Shown piece after piece: positions 61,741-64,000 of a stretch of DNA of 64,000 nucleotides (position 1 is its first letter; each line of letters starts with the position of its first letter). The translations under genes were made by a program, and so were the position numbers. The stretch is from Euprymna scolopes. Lineage: Eukaryota. The DNA lies in the NCBI GenBank assembly GCA_053919585.1, contig CM132818.1; one strand, written 5' to 3'. Under the pieces are notes generated by a model, which searched no databases, was not told where the DNA came from, and saw only the letters and a list, made by a program, of their open reading frames with translations.

Positions 61741-62000
61741 TCTCTCTCTCGACATCGACTGCGTCTGCGCTTTCTCGCTCTTGATCTCTGACTCTAATCA
61801 TACGTGTTTATTATTCAAGCTCTACCCTAAATCCACGCCAATTTAAGTGACCTCTACGTAAGACTACGCTAGACTCTAGAGGTCAACCTATTTTTAAATT
61901 ATTGTTTGTGTTCTTACATTCTTTTCTATTAAAACATCTTAGCATAAATAATTTTTTTCTGTATATATATATTTTGCTACGATAACATTTTATTGTTACA
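61423..62000 (+). mobile_element. Probable solo LTR
   Basis: TG...CA ends with a 9-bp inverted repeat TGTAACAAT/ATTGTTACA, ATTAAA near 61928, and imperfect 4-bp flanks GATA/AATA. Confidence 0.5.
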
Positions 62001-62572
62001 AATATTACAGCGATAATAACAATCATCGACTAACAAAACCTTCGGCGTTGCCCTACTAATATGTAACAATAGTTAAGCGTGATGAGCTTATGAAAAGTCT
62101 AATGTCTATTTAAAACATAAGCGTGACTTACAGACCGGGCGCATTTAAAAGAATTATTGGACGCATTTAAAACAAGATGCGTCCAATGAAGTTTACGTTT
62201 GACGCATTACGTAGTCAAAAGTAAACCTTGGCTTTACTTTCGTCAGAACCCTGACTCTCCCTACTCTTGTGCTGTTCTTTAGTTCTTGTATTCCAATGTG
62301 GGATGTTTTCGACAAAGGGGAAAGAATTGTTGTTATGGGTATTAGAGTCTATCACAAAAGAGTTGGCTTGCTTTTGACCATGACACAGTTTATTTAAAAC
62401 GTCTTACAACACGTGGTTTCGCGCATTGTCTGTAGCTATTTCTATAGAAAATTAAGAAAAAGCCTCCAATGAAGTATGACAGACTAAAATGTTAGTTCAA
62501 CATATGATATGCAGACGTAGCATGACAGACCAAGTAAAATGCTGTTCTAATTTAAGCAGGATAGATCAAATG

Positions 62573-62975
62573 ATTTTTTACAAAGTAATTACCACTTATC
62601 ATGGCCCAAAGGCCACTCGACGATAAGGGTTAAAGAAGAGATACTGGTCACAGGTACAACAGCGTAGTAATTGTTATTGATTAAAATTGGGTATACACGT
62701 TTAAGGAGAAGGCTCAACAAGAATTTGTTTACATTTGACTTAAAAAGGACCACGTTGTAGTCAACCAAAACGCAGACCAGGAAAACAGAATTCAACAGGG
62801 GAGGGGGCAGCTCTAAAAAGAAGCTTTGTTCATGGAATTTCCGTTTAGATTAGGGCGTGGGGAAATTGTTGGTAGTGGTTATATTTGGTCAAGTGTTTGT
62901 GAAGGTTTTGCAAGTGGAGACCATAGATTAGAGCTCAGACGACACTTTCCATGAAAATGACGACAGAACAGAAAC
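62573..62975 (-). mobile_element. LINE 3' end
   Basis: Tail ACCACTTATCATGGCCCAAAGGCCACTCGACGATAAGGGTT; ORF remnant YNVVLFKSNVNKFL. Confidence 0.82.
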
Positions 62976-63091
62976 TGCATATATAATCTTGAAAAACAAA
63001 TGAAAATGAAGATGAAACTTTTAATCGAGATTTTCAGATGATTATGTACTGAACCACGTTTGTTCTGACTTATAATATATCAAACAAAATA

Positions 63092-63880
63092 CGAGGTGCT
63101 TTCAATAAGTTTCCAGCCCTGTTTCGTATAGGCACTTTTATTGATAGTACACATGTGAAACTTAGGTCCCCTTCGAAGTGATCCCCTCCGGTTGCAATGC
63201 ACTTGTACGTTTTCAACAACTTCTGGAAAGCCCTATGGAAATCCTTTTGTGTCAATAACCTTCATCACAGCCTCTTTCATCTTCTTATTTGTCTCATAAC
63301 GACAGCCGCTAAGGTTTTCCCTGAGCTTAGGGAATAACCAAAAGTCACAGGGAACAAGGTCTAGGCTATATGGAGAGTGATGATGCTTCTCTTGATTATT
63401 ACAACGTATTTCTTTCTGATCTTCTCTGAGAATCCTTAGGACAAATTTCGCACAAATCTTCCGCATTTTCAGTTCCGCGCGAATAATTGTGTGCACAGTT
63501 CCCACACTGACATCAAAATGTGCACTTATTGTCTTTATAGACACACGACGGTCCTTATTCATGAAATTCTTTATTTGGCCAATCAAATCTAGTGTTCTGA
63601 CTTTCTTACTCCTTCCACTTCTTTCATCATCTCACAGACTCTCTGCCTTCCTCGAATCTCTTATGCTACTCAAAAACTGATGCTCGATTTATGGAAGATG
63701 GTCCAAAAGTAGTCTGAAGCATTCCACATGTTTCTGTGGCATTTTTACCAAGTTTAAAAGAGCATTTTATTGCATGTCTTTCTTCTAACGTGTCCTCGCG
63801 TCCAGATTGCATTTTTGAAATTACCCAATTATTGTAATCATGCTTTAGTAGGGTGTATTTCAATTTCTGGTGTGGCTGTT
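63092..63880 (-). mobile_element. Degenerate mariner transposon
   Basis: TA-CGAGG terminus; EERHAIKCSFKLGKNATET, DRRVSIKTISAHFDVSVGTVHTII, PYSLDLVPCDFWLFPKL and KCIATGGDHFEGD. Confidence 0.9.
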
Positions 63881-64000
63881 ACAAAATACCATATCAAATG
63901 CAAGTGTAACAGACCATAAAAAATGGTATTTCAAATACAAAATACCATATCAAATGTAAGCGTGACAGACCATAGAAAATGCTATTTCAAATCCAAAATA

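Noticed and set aside
93-63863. Short ORFs in the six-frame track as host genes
   Set aside because: They are microsatellite translations (YIYI, HTHT, ERER, poly-I), gap-spanning X runs, or TE fragments. No credible exon chain or host protein motif was found.

Overview
This is AT-rich, gap-containing eukaryotic genomic DNA, most plausibly from an invertebrate animal; the species cannot be determined from the sequence. I found no intact host protein-coding gene, functional tRNA or rRNA gene, or CRISPR array. The window is a nested transposon graveyard: about 15 CR1/Jockey-like LINE fragments, mariner/Tc1 remnants and MITEs, many non-autonomous Helitrons (including a near-identical head-to-tail tandem), Penelope-like element (PLE) GIY-YIG remnants, RTE-derived pieces, a probable solo LTR, and micro- and minisatellites. 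The most notable signal is RNA-level. Hammerhead ribozyme (HHR) or HHR-like cores (CTGA[T/A]GA-stem II-GAAA) occur in about five sequence families. One is a complete 284-nt retrozyme-like monomer (47146-47429): a tRNA-derived Pol III head plus a type I HHR, bounded by a repeat of the cleavage-site sequence. It has a second copy at 31258-31497. Both copies lie just downstream of inverted PLE-type HHR pairs. A second tRNA-headed family with an HHR-like tail, a 5S rRNA-derived SINE family (2 copies) and a possible degenerate HDV-like ribozyme are also present. All folds and alignments were done by eye and need computational confirmation.
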